A stretch of DNA of 64,000 nucleotides from Chloroflexota bacterium (GCA_040753815.1 JBFMDU010000021.1:5011-69010); one strand, 5' to 3'; counted from the first letter of the stretch, positions 24,592 to 34,322 are shown. Numbers and translations: made by a program. The notes: generated from the sequence alone by a model not told the origin.

Positions 24592-25293
24592 GTGACCAGC
24601 CGCCCGCTGTATACGATGTTTATGGCCGTCCCGCCGCGCTATGACATCGTCAACCACATTGTTACCCTCGGCCTTGACATCGGCTGGCGCAATCTAGCCG
24701 CTCGGGAATGCCTGGCGGCAGGAGCGAAGACGTTCCTCGACCTTGGTTGTGGTACCGGTGACCTGGCGCTGACGGTATCCCGAACTGCGGCAGGGACCGC
24801 CGCCATTGTGGGACTCGACTATAGCCGGCCGATGCTTGACCGGGCGGTCATCAAGGCACGCAGACGGCATGCCGTTGCTAACTTCATCCAGGGTGATGCT
24901 GCGGCCCTGCCCTTTCCCGATTCTTCACTAGAGTGCGTCGGCATCTCCTTCGCTTTCCGCAATCTGACCTACAAGAACCCCAACACTAGGCAATATCTGT
25001 CCGAGGTCCTGAGGGTCCTCCGTCCCGGCGGTCGATTCGTGATTGTTGAAAGCAGTCAGCCGCCCTCAGCCATCTTCAACTGGATATTCCAGCGATATGT
25101 CCGCTGGTTCGTTCGTCCGGCTGGCGTGATCGTTTCCGGCAACCCTGGCGCTTACCGCTACCTTTCAGAGTCGGTCGCTCGCTTCTACACTGCCACCGAG
25201 GCGGTGAAACTACTGCTTGATGCCGGCTTCAGCCAGGTCACTTTCCGCCGGCTTTTCTTCGGCGCCGCGGCCCTGCACATAGCGGTAAAATGA
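24592..25293 (+). CDS. Class I SAM-dependent methyltransferase, UbiE/MenG (demethylmenaquinone methyltransferase)-like
   Basis: YDIVNHIVTLGLDIGWR followed by the SAM motif FLDLGCGTGDLAL. GTG start. Confidence 0.75.
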   Translation: MTSRPLYTMFMAVPPRYDIVNHIVTLGLDIGWRNLAARECLAAGAKTFLDLGCGTGDLALTVSRTAAGTAAIVGLDYSRPMLDRAVIKARRRHAVANFIQGDAAALPFPDSSLECVGISFAFRNLTYKNPNTRQYLSEVLRVLRPGGRFVIVESSQPPSAIFNWIFQRYVRWFVRPAGVIVSGNPGAYRYLSESVARFYTATEAVKLLLDAGFSQVTFRRLFFGAAALHIAVK

Positions 25294-25307
25294 CCTGCAA
25301 AACAAAA

Positions 25308-25333
25308 AGAGGGAGGCCTAATGGCCTCCCTCT
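25308..25333. terminator. Hairpin between convergent genes (candidate terminator)
   Basis: AGAGGGAGGCC-taat-GGCCTCCCTCT forms a perfect 11-bp stem, preceded by an A-run. Confidence 0.5.
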
Positions 25334-25354
25334 CTGATTCATCCTGAAGTTAAA

Positions 25355-27061
25355 CTAGCGGTTGCCCAGCCATTTCTTGCGTGACTTGGCGACTTCCTTC
25401 TGCATCTTTTTAGTCTTCTGATTAATGACATCCGGATGGGACTCGTTGAGGAACTTGTCCACAAGGAACGGATGCCCCGGTGATGCCAGCCCGTTAGGGT
25501 CGAACTCTTTCTTGAACCGCTCCAGCCAGATACCGTAGTTTTGAGTTGTTTTGGCAATCTCACCAACCGGTTGTACCTGGCCGTCGAAGAAGCTCAGGGC
25601 TCCGGTCTCCATGGAAAGCTGAAGGCCGGTGTTGTAACGCCATTCCAGGTAGTGTTTGGCGTTGCCGGCGTCGTATTCGGGAGCGGTCGGGTCGATCTTC
25701 GGGCCATAGGGCCAGACCTGAAGCTCGCTGTAGTAAATCCGGCCGAATTCGACCGAAAGGTACCACGGATACTCGTTCTTCTGATGCAGGAAGTCATTGG
25801 GGTACTCCTGCTGGTACTGGTATGTCCGCTCACGGTAAAGGTCATCACATTTCTCAATGCATCGCGGGCTTTCCATGATGCCATTACATTCACCAAAGAC
25901 CTGGGTGGCCTTCCACATGCCCTGCGAGTTGGCAGCGAAAAAGACCGTCTCGTCAACCTGCCGCGACCGGAGCAGTGTGCCCTGGTTCTCCTTGATTATG
26001 TCCATGAGCACTCGCTCCTCGTACTGGAGCTGTTTCAGAGAAGTGTAACCGACGAGCAGGACACGGAGCATGCGGCTTCGGGCAACGTCCTCCTCGGTTG
26101 TCTTATTCCAGCCATCCCAGAAGGTGTTGACATAAGCGCGGTCACCGCGGGCGCGAGCGACATCACGCCAATATGCCGGAACGCGGTTGACACAGGCGCC
26201 GATGCGGGCCTTGGCCATTTCTCTTATTGCCTTGCGCACCGTCGGCTCGTTCGGGAAACTGACGGTGTAGAACTGGACCCTCGGTGGCAGTTTGACGCAG
26301 GCATCGCCGCCCATGCCGGTCGGCTCCAGTTTCTCCGTCTGGAAGGGGTAGAGCTTGTAGGAGATGCGAGTAACGATGCCCATGCTCCCAGCCCAGCTCG
26401 AAAGTCCTTTGAGGAAACCGGTGACATTGGGGCCGGGGCTGTCCTGCCAGAACCAGTTGTCATCACCAGAAGCCAGCGATCCCAGACGATATACATCACC
26501 CTCGGGCGTCACCCACTCGACGCCGTTGAGGCGGCGGCCGCTCAGGATGGTGATGCGGTAGTTATAGATGCTCATGCCGCAGAGGAAAGCATTCACCAAC
26601 GCTGAGACCTGCCCCCCACCTCCCGGCACCAGACTGCACAGGTCGCGCTTCAGTATTTCACCCTGGAGTTGGGCGTAAACCACGCCGGGCTCGAGGATGA
26701 CGTACATGTTCTTATCATCCACAATCATCTTGTCCATGCGCTTCTGGTCGATATAAACGACGTCGTCGCGCGCGTAGGCGCTGGAGAAGGCCATACCGTA
26801 GGTGCTAACCGGGATGAACGGTATCTTCCACCGGTTACAGGTCTTGACCAGGCGTACAACCTCATCCACCGCCTTGGGCATGAAGATGGCCGCCGGCATA
26901 CGGCAATCGCCCTGGAACCAGTAGACCTGGCGGTCGAAGCCGCGGCCAACATAGGCCAGTCGTGCGGCCTTATTGGCTGTAGCATGCTCGGGGCCGACAA
27001 TAGCCTCAAGCTCGCGGTATGCCTGCTCGGGTATATGGTCGAAAACATTAGGGCCGTTCAT
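25355..27061 (-). CDS. FAD-binding (PCMH-type) oxidoreductase, large subunit-like
   Basis: 568 aa with an FAD-binding-4-like N-terminal half. It is the last gene of a three-gene minus-strand cluster with an Fe-S/CCG protein and a GlcD-like protein. Confidence 0.7.
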   Translation of the reverse strand: MNGPNVFDHIPEQAYRELEAIVGPEHATANKAARLAYVGRGFDRQVYWFQGDCRMPAAIFMPKAVDEVVRLVKTCNRWKIPFIPVSTYGMAFSSAYARDDVVYIDQKRMDKMIVDDKNMYVILEPGVVYAQLQGEILKRDLCSLVPGGGGQVSALVNAFLCGMSIYNYRITILSGRRLNGVEWVTPEGDVYRLGSLASGDDNWFWQDSPGPNVTGFLKGLSSWAGSMGIVTRISYKLYPFQTEKLEPTGMGGDACVKLPPRVQFYTVSFPNEPTVRKAIREMAKARIGACVNRVPAYWRDVARARGDRAYVNTFWDGWNKTTEEDVARSRMLRVLLVGYTSLKQLQYEERVLMDIIKENQGTLLRSRQVDETVFFAANSQGMWKATQVFGECNGIMESPRCIEKCDDLYRERTYQYQQEYPNDFLHQKNEYPWYLSVEFGRIYYSELQVWPYGPKIDPTAPEYDAGNAKHYLEWRYNTGLQLSMETGALSFFDGQVQPVGEIAKTTQNYGIWLERFKKEFDPNGLASPGHPFLVDKFLNESHPDVINQKTKKMQKEVAKSRKKWLGNR

Positions 27062-27077
27062 TTCAGTCCTCCTGGTT

Positions 27078-28376
27078 CTACTTGCCGATAGCTCTGGCCA
27101 TGACTTCAGTGATGTCGAAGACTTTCATGCCGTCTTTCTTGGCGTCGTTGAAGTTGCCCCGGCAGTAGGGGCAGGCGGTAACGATAGCCTCAGCGCCAAC
27201 GTGAGCGGCCTCGGCCAGTCTCTCGGCGGCGGTTGAGATGGCAACATCGGGGAAGGCTTCCTTCACGCCGCCATCGGCGCCACAGCAATAGCCGTTATCG
27301 TGGTGTCGGACCATTTCTACAAGCTGTACGCCGGGGATAGCCTTGAGGATATCCCGGGGTGGCTCGTAGACGCCGTGAACGCCGCGGCGGACGAACTCGC
27401 GTGGCGGCACAAAAGCCCCGAACTTATTCTCGCGGATACCTTCCCACTTTACCCACTTCTCACCCTTCCGTCCGAGATTGCACGGGTCATGGTAGGTCAG
27501 CCGCATATCGAACCGCTTATTAAATTTAAGCCGTCCTTCTTTAACCCAGGGTGCGGCAAGCTCGGTAATGTGTACCGGCTCGAAGCCGAGGTCTTCGGTC
27601 GAAAAGCCGAGTAGTTTGGGATAGTCAACCTTGATCGTCTTATACCCTTCGGCACAGGAGAAGACAACCTTTTTAGCACCAGTTTTACGTATGGCATCGA
27701 GATTAGCCTTAGCCAGCTTCTTCGCTTTTTCCACCTGGCCGGTTATGAAGACGAGGTGACCACAGCATTGCTCGTCCTTCATTACCATATACTTCTCGCC
27801 GGCGGCGGCAATGATGCGGGCGGTCGCTTTGGCGATACCGGTATCGACGAGCGATGCACGGCAACCGACGAAGTAAAGGATATCGGCTCTGGAGGCAGGT
27901 CTGGCATCGGCCGGCACCCAGTCGAGCCGCCTCGTCTGGCTCTTGCCATAGCGGTTGCCGGTCTTCTCAATATTCTGAGTAATCTCAACATGCGCCGGCA
28001 TCGGCCCATAGCCCTTCTCCACCATCCGGGCGCGTAGGGACTCAAGCATCAGTTCGATTTCCAGGTCGAGGCACCGCTTGCAGGCGGCATCGCACCGGCC
28101 GCAGAGTGGGTCGCGGTAGACGATATCGCGCAGTCCCTCGTCGGCATAGTCGAGCTTACCCATCAACAGGTAGTAGACGATATTGCACTTGCCGGCCGCT
28201 CCGTAGGCATCGAAGCCCTGGTTTTTCCAGGCGGGACAGCCCCAGCTAAAGTCAACGCCCTGGACGTAGTTGTACTCAATCCAGCGGCAGGGGGTCTGGC
28301 CGTCGCAATGGCGCGCCTCGAAGTAGTAATCGTCGAGGTTCAGTCCCAGGCTTAGCTTTCTCGGTTTTCCAGCCAT
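27078..28376 (-). CDS. (Fe-S)-binding protein with two CCG Cys-rich domains (GlcF/HdrD-like)
   Basis: CGRCDAACKRC cluster motif. CCG domains: YFVGCRASL...CCGH and YHDPCNLGR...CCGADGG. Confidence 0.8.
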   Translation of the reverse strand: MAGKPRKLSLGLNLDDYYFEARHCDGQTPCRWIEYNYVQGVDFSWGCPAWKNQGFDAYGAAGKCNIVYYLLMGKLDYADEGLRDIVYRDPLCGRCDAACKRCLDLEIELMLESLRARMVEKGYGPMPAHVEITQNIEKTGNRYGKSQTRRLDWVPADARPASRADILYFVGCRASLVDTGIAKATARIIAAAGEKYMVMKDEQCCGHLVFITGQVEKAKKLAKANLDAIRKTGAKKVVFSCAEGYKTIKVDYPKLLGFSTEDLGFEPVHITELAAPWVKEGRLKFNKRFDMRLTYHDPCNLGRKGEKWVKWEGIRENKFGAFVPPREFVRRGVHGVYEPPRDILKAIPGVQLVEMVRHHDNGYCCGADGGVKEAFPDVAISTAAERLAEAAHVGAEAIVTACPYCRGNFNDAKKDGMKVFDITEVMARAIGK

Positions 28377-28420
28377 ATCATGTAACCTCCATCAAGGATG
28401 AATTGCCGACTGACCAGACA

Positions 28421-29893
28421 CTAGAAACACAGGTTGCCGGGATTGAGAATGCCGTTAGGGTCGTAGTGCTTCTTAAAACGCTTCAGCAGTTCGGCGTAGT
28501 TGCCGTATTTGGCGTAGACCGTGCTGGCGACGAGCGGGTACGGCCGGTTGAAGTAGGCGCCCTGTTTCAGGACTGCCGAGGCCGCTTCGAGGTACATCTC
28601 ACGGATGCGGTCCTTTTCCTGCTCATCAGCCGGGTTGTAATAGAACATGAAGTCGACCTGACAGGCGCGGCCGTCTTCTACCGGCTGGATGTAGACGCCC
28701 ATATCACTGGCGGCGTAGCCGAAGCGGTTAGCTATTTCTTTTACCGGCGCCATAAAGCTGCCGGCTTTTTCCATAGTGGTCATGAACATGAGTTCTTGGC
28801 AGGCGCCCTTCGGGGCATGTTTCCAGTAGGTCCTATTCTCTGGCCATGGCTTGCGGAGCATTTCAGGGAGCTTCCGCTCGAGCCCGCCAGCGCCGGGGAG
28901 GGCGGTTAGCGAATCGAGGTTGGTGAAGTACTGGGCCATGATTTCACGCAGAGCCTCTTCCTCGTAGGCCAGCTTCTCCTCGGGGTGGCGTTTGAGTGCC
29001 CGGCAGACCAGGACGACCGTCCAGGCCGGCAGCGAAACCTTGAGTTTAGAGAAATCGCCCGGCCACTTTTCGGCAAGGATGGTGGCTAGCGTGACGTTGT
29101 TGACCAGGAAGCATTCATAGCCGATACCACGGCGTATCAGCTTGTACATCGGCTCGACGGCTTTCTCGATGCTTGGGGCAGGGATGAAGAAAGCCTTGCT
29201 CATTACTGGCAGGTCCTCAATGTAGGTCACTGCCCAGGTGACGACGCCGATGGTCCCCTGGGCGCCGTAGAGGAAGGTGTCCCAGCTCATCGGGCCAGGG
29301 CCGGAGGCGAGGACACCGTCGGAGAGGACGCCCGGGGCGCGGAAGTTATCAACGCCGGCCGAGCCGGAAACGAACAGCTCGCCGTTGCCCCAGACCATCT
29401 GCAGGCTCCGCAGAGGGCCGGCGAACTCATGGCTATGAATGGCCGGCGGCTCGTACTCAAGCGAGTCTATTATGGCCGAGCGTGAGGCCGGGGGCAAGAG
29501 TGGGATGACGCTCATAAAACCCTTGATCTCAAGCGCTTTCTGGAGCTGTCCCCAGGTCACGCCGACCTGGATATTAGCCGTATTTGATTCGGGGACGATA
29601 TCGGTAATGCGGTTCATTCTGGAGCAGTCAAGGATGACGCCGCCGGCTTTTGGAACAGCGCCGCCATGGAAGTGAACACCCGATGTCTGCGGCACGATGG
29701 CAAACTTCATCTTGTTAGCCAGTTGCACAACCGCGGCTGTTTCCTCGGGGGTCTTGGGCCGGACAACGCAGGTGCAGGCGCCGGGCTTGACCAGGCTGTT
29801 GTCCTTTACGTAGCGGTTCAGGACCTTGGGGGAAGTGAGGACATTGGCTTTGCCGACTATCCCTGCCAGCTTTTCGGTGAGATTCATGACCAA
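28421..29893 (-). CDS. FAD-linked oxidase (GlcD/GlcE-like)
   Basis: 490 aa with a PCMH FAD-binding domain. The C-terminal ...HYDPNGILNPGN is typical of the FAD-linked oxidase C-terminal domain. Confidence 0.8.
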   Translation of the reverse strand: MVMNLTEKLAGIVGKANVLTSPKVLNRYVKDNSLVKPGACTCVVRPKTPEETAAVVQLANKMKFAIVPQTSGVHFHGGAVPKAGGVILDCSRMNRITDIVPESNTANIQVGVTWGQLQKALEIKGFMSVIPLLPPASRSAIIDSLEYEPPAIHSHEFAGPLRSLQMVWGNGELFVSGSAGVDNFRAPGVLSDGVLASGPGPMSWDTFLYGAQGTIGVVTWAVTYIEDLPVMSKAFFIPAPSIEKAVEPMYKLIRRGIGYECFLVNNVTLATILAEKWPGDFSKLKVSLPAWTVVLVCRALKRHPEEKLAYEEEALREIMAQYFTNLDSLTALPGAGGLERKLPEMLRKPWPENRTYWKHAPKGACQELMFMTTMEKAGSFMAPVKEIANRFGYAASDMGVYIQPVEDGRACQVDFMFYYNPADEQEKDRIREMYLEAASAVLKQGAYFNRPYPLVASTVYAKYGNYAELLKRFKKHYDPNGILNPGNLCF

Positions 29894-30116
29894 CCTCCGA
29901 ATCTTCGTTGGCCTCCGGTCATGCCCTCACCCGGCAAAATATCGTGGACCGGGAAAGGCGTGTGCTCCCGGGGCCAGCGGACTATGAACAAGGCTGTATG
30001 ATGGTGCGCCAAACGGGCGCCAAACGGGATGTGATTCTATCATTTCCCATTGTAAGCGTCAATTCGCGTAAATGCTTAAAATATTAAACGGATTATGCCA
30101 TGCGGAGGCCATTTCG

Positions 30117-30145
30117 TTGACCCCTCCAAGCGCCTAGAGTATAAT
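30117..30145 (+). promoter_or_regulatory. Sigma70-like promoter TTGACC-N17-TATAAT upstream of the tRNA pair
   Basis: TTGACC lies at 30117-30122 and TATAAT at 30140-30145. This is about 60 nt upstream of tRNA-Leu. Confidence 0.5.
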
Positions 30146-30204
30146 TCCACTTTGTTGCTGGGAAGCGGGGTGCCTTACGTAGCCGCCCGCGCCCACATTT
30201 ACCT

Positions 30205-30291
<87 letters not shown>

Positions 30292-30294
30292 CGC

Positions 30295-30371
30295 GCGCCT
30301 GTGGCCCAGTGGATTAGGGCGCAGCCCTGCGGAGGCTGATGTCGTGGGTTCGAATCCCACCAGGCGCGCCA
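30295..30371 (+). tRNA. tRNA-Arg (anticodon GCG)
   Basis: Acceptor GCGCCTG/CAGGCGC. D arm GCCC/GGGC. Anticodon stem CAGCC/GGCTG with loop CTGCGGA. T arm GTGGG-TTCGAAT-CCCAC. CCA is encoded. It starts 3 nt after tRNA-Leu. Confidence 0.85.
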
Positions 30372-30384
30372 CTTTTTCTTTCGA

Positions 30385-31443
30385 CTACCATCTCATTAAT
30401 GTTCGGTAGTGCTTGACAGCATCCCCGATGCTGTTAGGCAGGTACTTGGTAAAAGCGTTAGGCGGGAACTTGGCCGGGTACTCTTCCCAGAGGTGCATAT
30501 ACAACTCTTTAGGCACCTTGGGAATGGAATGTTTCTTGCGGTAAGCAGCGATAGGTATGACTGCTTCAACTACGGTTTCATTAGGAGAAATCGCCTCACC
30601 AAGAACCCGGCCGTCATTATCGAAGATAGTGGAATGACCGGCGCCGATATCGAACGGGTCTTCTGGCGAGAGGCTGTTATTGACGAAGATACCGTACATA
30701 CTGTTAGTCATGCAAACAGCCTGGAAATCAATCAGGAACGAATTAATGCCGCCTCCCCGAGCTGCCATTGGCTCGTTGCTCCAATAGCCGGCGCCGGCGG
30801 TCATGTACCGGATCATAATCTCAGTTCCCCGCATGGCGAAGGCGCGGCCAACTTCCGGTTCATATATCTCGGGTATAATCCCGAAGTTGCCGATATCTGT
30901 CATGGCTATAGGGAAAATGGCATCCCACCCGTATTTAGCCACGTACTCGTCAAGGACATCATGGACCGTAGTTGAGAAACCCATGCCGGAGAGGTTTCGT
31001 AGTTTCCAGCGCTTGTAAATCACCTCGCCGGTGGGCCCGATAATGATACCCATATTAGTGAAATGCCCCGGCCATTCCTTCAATTTGCCGTAACAGCCGG
31101 TATGGATATAGCAGTTGTATTGCCTGGCCTTCTCACCAATGGCCGCGGTCTCCTCGCCCGGAATATCGATCGCCATCTTGAGGGCCTGCTCTCTGGTCCA
31201 TTCGAAGCTGAACCCCTGCAATGGGTATTCATGGAAGACCAGCAGGTCCTTCTTCGGGCCGCCGGCGCCGATTTGTGCCCGGTCAATTAATTTCAGCATA
31301 TGGTTGAGGTTGTCTTTAATGTGCTGTTTATTGCCCGGGTCGATGGCCTTTATCTTCGACTGAACAATGCCAACCGTGATGCTTTCGCTCCTTAGCGGGA
31401 CGACTTCATAATTGGGCAGGGTCTTAGGGACTGACATTGACAT
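30385..31443 (-). CDS. Nitrilase-superfamily (aliphatic amidase AmiE-like) homolog lacking the nucleophile Cys
   Basis: DLLVFHEYPLQG (Glu) and YKRWK (Lys) are conserved, and IPGEETAAIGEKAR matches AmiE IPGEETEIF. Where paralogs read GCFICGDLGMPE, this protein reads GNFGIIPEIYEPE, with no Cys. Confidence 0.7.
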   Translation of the reverse strand: MSMSVPKTLPNYEVVPLRSESITVGIVQSKIKAIDPGNKQHIKDNLNHMLKLIDRAQIGAGGPKKDLLVFHEYPLQGFSFEWTREQALKMAIDIPGEETAAIGEKARQYNCYIHTGCYGKLKEWPGHFTNMGIIIGPTGEVIYKRWKLRNLSGMGFSTTVHDVLDEYVAKYGWDAIFPIAMTDIGNFGIIPEIYEPEVGRAFAMRGTEIMIRYMTAGAGYWSNEPMAARGGGINSFLIDFQAVCMTNSMYGIFVNNSLSPEDPFDIGAGHSTIFDNDGRVLGEAISPNETVVEAVIPIAAYRKKHSIPKVPKELYMHLWEEYPAKFPPNAFTKYLPNSIGDAVKHYRTLMRW

Positions 31444-31694
31444 GGCAGTGCTCCTTTCAGGGCTTTTTACGGGATTTCCGGGTGCGTAAAATTAGTGTAG
31501 CAGGGATTCCAACTTACGTAAAGACCTGTGATAGGGGTGGGTCAAAGAATACGAGCCGTTGACGAATGAACTACGTTAGGCTAAACTTGCCAGCCGTTGG
31601 TTGGATATGATTCAGGCCGTCAAGGCGGCGACCGTGTTGATGATTGCCTCGGGCGTATGAGGCCTGAGGTTTTTATTTAGCAGGATAAGTTGAC

Positions 31695-33446
31695 GTGACA
31701 GGTATTAGTGAAGAGCAGGCCAGAGAGCGGCTGGAAAGGATGCGTCACTCCGCCTCCCACATTATGGCGCAGGCAGTGCAGGCGCTGTTCCCTGACGCCA
31801 AGTTTGGCATCGGGCCAGCTATCGAGGACGGGTTCTACTACGACTTCGACCTGCCGCGGACGCTGACTCCGGAGGACCTGGTCAATATCGAAGCCGAGAT
31901 GCGCAAGACCATTGCCGCCAACATCCCCTTTCTCCGTCAGGAGCTCGGTAAGCGTCAGGCGCAGAGCCTCTTCGTTTCCCAGCCTTACAAGCTTGAACTT
32001 ATTGAAGAACTGCCCGATGAGACGGTCTTGATATATCGCCAGGGACCGTTCGTCGACCTTTGCCGCGGCCCGCATGTCAACTCAACCGGCGAGATAAAGG
32101 CTTTCAAACTGACCCATATCGCTGGAGCCTACTGGCGCGGCGATGAGAAGCGCCCCATGCTCCAGCGTATTTACGGCGTGGCGTTTGAGACTCAGGCTGA
32201 GCTTGATACTTATCTGGCTAAGATGGAAGAAGCCGCCCGGCGCGACCACCGCCGCCTGGGCAAAGACCTCGACCTTTTCAGTATCCATGAGGAAGCCGGC
32301 CCCGGATTAGTCCACTGGCATCCTAAAGGCGCTATGGTACGGCACATCATCGAGTCTTTCTGGAAAGATGAGCATTTCAGGCGCGGCTATGACATCGTCA
32401 ATACTCCCCACATAGCCAAGCTCGACCTATGGAAGACAAGCGGCCACTGGGACTTTTACCGTGAGAACCTGTACGCCCCGATGGAAATCGAAGGGCAGGA
32501 CTATATCATCAAGCCGATGAACTGTGTCTTCCATATCATGATATATAAATCGCACCTGCGCAGTTACCGTAACCTGCCCATACGCTACGCCGAACTGGGT
32601 ACGGTCTATCGCTACGAACGCTCCGGTGTTCTTCACGGTCTGGCCCGCGTCCGCGGTTTCACCCAGGACGATGCCCATATCTTCTGCCGTCCCGACCAGC
32701 TTGAGGGCGAGCTTAAGGGCACGCTTGACCTCGCGCGTTTCATGATGAAGACCTTTGGCTTCAATGAATACGAGCTTATTCTCTCCACCCGGCCCGCCGT
32801 CAAGTATGCCGGTACCATCGAGATGTGGGACCAGGCCGAGGGCGCTCTAAAGCGCGTCCTCGAAGGCTCGGGGTTGCCGTATAAAGTAGAGGAAGGGGAG
32901 GGCGCCTTTTACGGGCCGAAGATTGACATAAAGCTCAAGGATGCGCTGGGCCGTTTCTGGCAGGGGCCGACCATCCAGTGTGACTTCAACTTGCCCCAGC
33001 GCTTTGATGTCGCTTTCACCAATGCCGAGGGCAGGGAAGAGCGAGTGGTTATGATTCACCGGACCGTGCTCGGGAGCATGGAGCGGTTCATGGCCTCGCT
33101 ACTGGAGCACTATGCCGGTGCCTTTCCGGTCTGGCTGGCTCCGGTCCAGGCAGTGATTATTCCGATTGCCGACCGGCACGTAGCCTATGCCGCTCAGGTT
33201 GCCGGAGCCATGCGCGGCGAGAGCCTGCGCGTCCAGATTGACGACCGTGCCGAGCGCATGAACCTCAAGATTCGTGAAGCCCAGCTTGCCAAAGTACCTT
33301 ATATCATTATTGTTGGTGATAAGGAAGCCCAGGCCGGTACCGCCGCCCTCCGTCTCCGGACCGGTGATGACCTCGGCGCCCAACCGGTGGCTTCGGTTGT
33401 TTCACGAATCAAGAGTACAGCGGAGTCGCGGTCGCAGTCCTTGTGA
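31695..33446 (+). CDS. thrS: Threonine--tRNA ligase (lacks N-terminal TGS domain)
   Basis: GTG start. RHSASHIMAQAV...GPAIEDGFYYDFDL (editing/second additional domain), class II core (YRYERSGVLHGLARVRGFTQDDAHIF), and a C-terminal anticodon-binding domain. Confidence 0.9.
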   Translation: MTGISEEQARERLERMRHSASHIMAQAVQALFPDAKFGIGPAIEDGFYYDFDLPRTLTPEDLVNIEAEMRKTIAANIPFLRQELGKRQAQSLFVSQPYKLELIEELPDETVLIYRQGPFVDLCRGPHVNSTGEIKAFKLTHIAGAYWRGDEKRPMLQRIYGVAFETQAELDTYLAKMEEAARRDHRRLGKDLDLFSIHEEAGPGLVHWHPKGAMVRHIIESFWKDEHFRRGYDIVNTPHIAKLDLWKTSGHWDFYRENLYAPMEIEGQDYIIKPMNCVFHIMIYKSHLRSYRNLPIRYAELGTVYRYERSGVLHGLARVRGFTQDDAHIFCRPDQLEGELKGTLDLARFMMKTFGFNEYELILSTRPAVKYAGTIEMWDQAEGALKRVLEGSGLPYKVEEGEGAFYGPKIDIKLKDALGRFWQGPTIQCDFNLPQRFDVAFTNAEGREERVVMIHRTVLGSMERFMASLLEHYAGAFPVWLAPVQAVIIPIADRHVAYAAQVAGAMRGESLRVQIDDRAERMNLKIREAQLAKVPYIIIVGDKEAQAGTAALRLRTGDDLGAQPVASVVSRIKSTAESRSQSL

Positions 33447-33526
33447 GCCACAATGTCTTTGATTCCGCTGTTCAGATATGGTATATTCTCGCCGCTATTG
33501 TTTCGTGAAGGAGGGATAACTAACCC

Positions 33527-34105
33527 ATAGTTAAAGAATTGCGCGTCAACCAGCAGATCCGGGCAAGAGAGGTAAGGGTAATCGGGGAGAGTGGTGGGCA
33601 GTTGGGCGTTATGACAGTGGCTCAGGCACTCCAACTAGCCCAGGATCGGGGGCTTGACCTGGTGGAGGTTGCCTCTACGGCGGTGCCGCCGGTCTGCCGC
33701 CTTCTGGACTACGGAAAGTACCGGTACACGCTGGAGAAGAAGGAGCGTAAGGCGCGCAAAGGCCAGAAGTCTACCACTCTGAAAGAAATACGTTTCCGGC
33801 CAAGGATTAGCGATCATGACCTCATCGGCAAGGTGGGGCAAATCAAGAAGATGTTGGCCGAAGGCAATAAGGTAAAGGTCACCGTCTTTCTGCGGGGGCG
33901 TGAGAATACCCATCCTGAACTCGGGTGGAAAGCGATGAGGCGTGTCGCCGAATCGCTCAAGGAGCTGGCAGTGGTTGAAGGCTCCCCGGCTATGGAAGGC
34001 TCCAATATTAACCTGACGTTCTCGCCAAGTAAGAAACAAGCGCAGAAACCAGCTAAGGAACCGGACAAGGTGCCTGGTAAAGAAAAGGAAACCGTCAATG
34101 CCTAA
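33527..34105 (+). CDS. infC: Translation initiation factor IF-3
   Basis: (I/M)[27 protein letters not shown]...[20 protein letters not shown] (33508-33515) sits 11 nt upstream of ATA 33527. The ORF-track TTG at 33539 is about 24 nt from the SD. The frame opens after TAA 33521-33523. Confidence 0.85.
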   Translation: MVKELRVNQQIRAREVRVIGESGGQLGVMTVAQALQLAQDRGLDLVEVASTAVPPVCRLLDYGKYRYTLEKKERKARKGQKSTTLKEIRFRPRISDHDLIGKVGQIKKMLAEGNKVKVTVFLRGRENTHPELGWKAMRRVAESLKELAVVEGSPAMEGSNINLTFSPSKKQAQKPAKEPDKVPGKEKETVNA

Positions 34106-34301
34106 AATCAAGACGCACAAAGGAGCGCAGAAGCGTTTTCACGTTACCGGCAGCGGCAAGATTATGCGCACCAAGGGCGGTAAAAGCCATCTGAGGCGGC
34201 GCAAGCCGGCCAACACCCGACGCCAGTACGACGAGATGCATCCGCTGGCCAAGGCTGATGTAGAGCGGATCAGCAAGCTTCTGCCAGCCGGTATACCCTA
34301 G
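34098..34301 (+). CDS. rpmI: 50S ribosomal protein L35
   Basis: [24 protein letters not shown]... It overlaps the infC end by 8 nt. Confidence 0.9.
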   Translation: MPKIKTHKGAQKRFHVTGSGKIMRTKGGKSHLRRRKPANTRRQYDEMHPLAKADVERISKLLPAGIP

Positions 34302-34322
34302 GACTACAATAGGAGACGACCC

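Noticed and set aside
31444-31694. T-box riboswitch or other known leader upstream of thrS
   Set aside because: A GGGTGG occurs (ATAGGGGTGGGTCAAAG), but the T-box consensus (…GGGTGGTACCGCG…), a specifier-loop arrangement and a terminator/antiterminator pair are not recognisable by eye. The region is left unannotated.
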